From the NCBI GenBank assembly GCA_964640155.1, contig CAZXEQ010000004.1, positions 90,001 through 122,000 of the forward strand: a stretch of DNA of 32,000 nucleotides. Reading direction: 5' to 3'. The first letter of the stretch is position 1; every line of letters starts with the position of its first letter. The position numbers and the translations under genes are program-made. Source of the stretch: an uncultured bacterium. GTDB lineage: Bacteria; Auribacterota; JACPWU01. This document shows, piece by piece, positions 30,733-32,000 of this stretch. The notes beneath the pieces were generated by a model that saw only the letters and a list, made by a program, of their open reading frames with translations, was not told the DNA's origin and did no database searches.

Positions 30733-31913
30733 GTATTCACCTCTTCTGACTTTTTCTCAGGCAACAGTTGCATGCTTCTCTTAAAATCCAGAGGGAAGCT
30801 TAACGTAAAAGTTGTTCCCTCTCCTTCTTTACTCAAGACTTCTATTTTTCCTCCGTGATTCTTTAAAATACGGTAAGAAATCATTAACCCTAGTCCAGAA
30901 CCAGTGGTTTTTGTTGTAAAGTAAGGCTCAAAAATTTTTGTGAGAACTTCTTTTGGAATCCCTTCACCATTGTCTTCAAAGGAAACCCTAGCAAATCCCC
31001 CCATTTGATATACAAACACTTTCAAGATACCTCCGTGAGGCATTGCTTCAATAGCATTTTTAATAACATTTGAAAAAGCCTGTTTGATTTGATATTCATC
31101 AACCATTACTTTTGGAGTCTTAGGATCAAAAGATTTTTTAATAGTTATTTTATTTTGATGAAGCTCTTGATCAAAAATTTCAAATGTATCGTCTAAAAGA
31201 CTTACTAAATCAGAACCTTGAAGATTCGGTTTGATAGGTCGAGCTGCTGCCAAAAGATCTCGAACTGTATGATCCAATCGTTTAACCTCTGATTTAATAA
31301 CTTTAAGAGAATCTAAGAGTTCTTCTTTTGTTCCCGTATTATTTTTAATATCCCTTTCTAAAAGTTGCAAATGAATATCCATCGCATTTAAAGGATTTCC
31401 AATTTCATGTGCAATACAAGCAGCCATCAAATTGACCGTTTGAAGTTTTTCGGTACGTAAAGAATCCTGCTCTTCTTCTTTTTTGCGGGTAATGTCCGTT
31501 AAAATCAGAACCAATCCTAAAAAAGTATTTTCTGAACTAATCAGAGGAAACACATTTAAATGAAGGATTCGGGGCGTTGGTTGAAACACCTGAATATCTC
31601 GATGAATCAGTTTGCCCCAATCGGTTTGAATAAGCTGAGCAAGTTCTGACAGATCTAGAGATTCTAAATATTCAGGAAGACTTTTATGGAGAAGTTCTTC
31701 TATTGAGGCGCCCAAAAAATCCTGCGCAGAATGGTTGAGAAGAATAATTTTTTGTTCTCGATCAGTAACAACAATACCTTCCAACATGCTGTTGAAAATA
31801 CTTTCAAGCAGGCCCTTTTCCTGAGCAAGCTTTACCAAATAACTTTCGACATTTTTTCGATCAACTCTCTCAATACGAGACAAAAGTTTTTCAAAGAAAG
31901 CAGACTTGCTCAT
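30729..31913 (-). CDS. cytoplasmic PAS-domain sensor histidine kinase (NtrB/AtoS-like)
   Basis: 394 aa with no evident TM segments. PAS-like N-terminal half (MLEGIVVTDREQKIILLN). H-box IAHEIGNPLN. N-box NVIKNAIEAM. G-boxes DNGEGIP and GSGLGLMIS. Confidence 0.9.
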   Translation of the reverse strand: MSKSAFFEKLLSRIERVDRKNVESYLVKLAQEKGLLESIFNSMLEGIVVTDREQKIILLNHSAQDFLGASIEELLHKSLPEYLESLDLSELAQLIQTDWGKLIHRDIQVFQPTPRILHLNVFPLISSENTFLGLVLILTDITRKKEEEQDSLRTEKLQTVNLMAACIAHEIGNPLNAMDIHLQLLERDIKNNTGTKEELLDSLKVIKSEVKRLDHTVRDLLAAARPIKPNLQGSDLVSLLDDTFEIFDQELHQNKITIKKSFDPKTPKVMVDEYQIKQAFSNVIKNAIEAMPHGGILKVFVYQMGGFARVSFEDNGEGIPKEVLTKIFEPYFTTKTTGSGLGLMISYRILKNHGGKIEVLSKEGEGTTFTLSFPLDFKRSMQLLPEKKSEEVNT

Positions 31914-32000
31914 GATTTTATTTCACCACCTTTTTCTTCAGGTAAGAGTCGATTTTATTATCCTCTTTCGTTGTGGATGGTTTTAAAATTTCTGAGTCGA

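Noticed and set aside
31918-32000. Possible 3' end of another - strand gene upstream of the histidine kinase. The frame stays open for 26 codons (...DSEILKPSTTKEDNKIDSYLKKKVVK) and stops 4 nt before the HK ATG.
   Set aside because: It is too short to distinguish from chance in this window and has no recognisable motif. I did not report it as a feature.

Overview
AT-rich (by eye about 35-40% GC) bacterial chromosomal window, tightly packed with housekeeping genes. I see no transposases, integrases, CRISPR arrays or recognisable defence genes. Taxon cannot be determined from the sequence alone. The window consists of two fully opposed blocks. Block 1 (1-11851) is entirely on the + strand: trpD'(partial)-trpC-trpF-trpB-trpA, Man-1-P guanylyltransferase, ruvX, M16 peptidase, rpe, lepA, lepB, tRNA-Cys, tRNA-Leu, a lipoprotein, a stand-alone RAM (Lrp/AsnC ligand-domain) protein and pdaD. 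Block 2 (12367-32000) is entirely on the - strand. In transcription order it reads: PAS histidine kinase plus sigma54-dependent response regulator, dnaK-groES-groEL, pgm/pmm-clpB, glgC-glgA-galT-GH57-GH57, and a Gly-zipper lipoprotein. The blocks converge on a 515-bp non-coding gap (11852-12366). The gap has terminator hairpins on both flanks and a 28-bp sequence (11959-11986) identical to E. coli dif at 23/28 positions, including the whole XerD arm. I read this as the dimer-resolution site and replication terminus. The most unusual regulatory feature is a near-consensus sigma54 (-24/-12) promoter in front of dnaK-groES-groEL. It lies about 100 bp downstream of a perfect 23-bp palindrome and directly downstream of a GAFTGA-containing NtrC-type two-component pair. 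No CIRCE or sigma32-type element is visible, which suggests a two-component, sigma54-driven chaperone operon. Other points of interest: an isolated roughly 80-nt GC-rich extended hairpin between clpB and glgC; a GalT-family gene translationally coupled inside a glycogen operon that has two different GH57 enzymes and no recognisable branching enzyme; and three ORF-track starts that look over-extended (pdaD, GH57-2, pgm/pmm).
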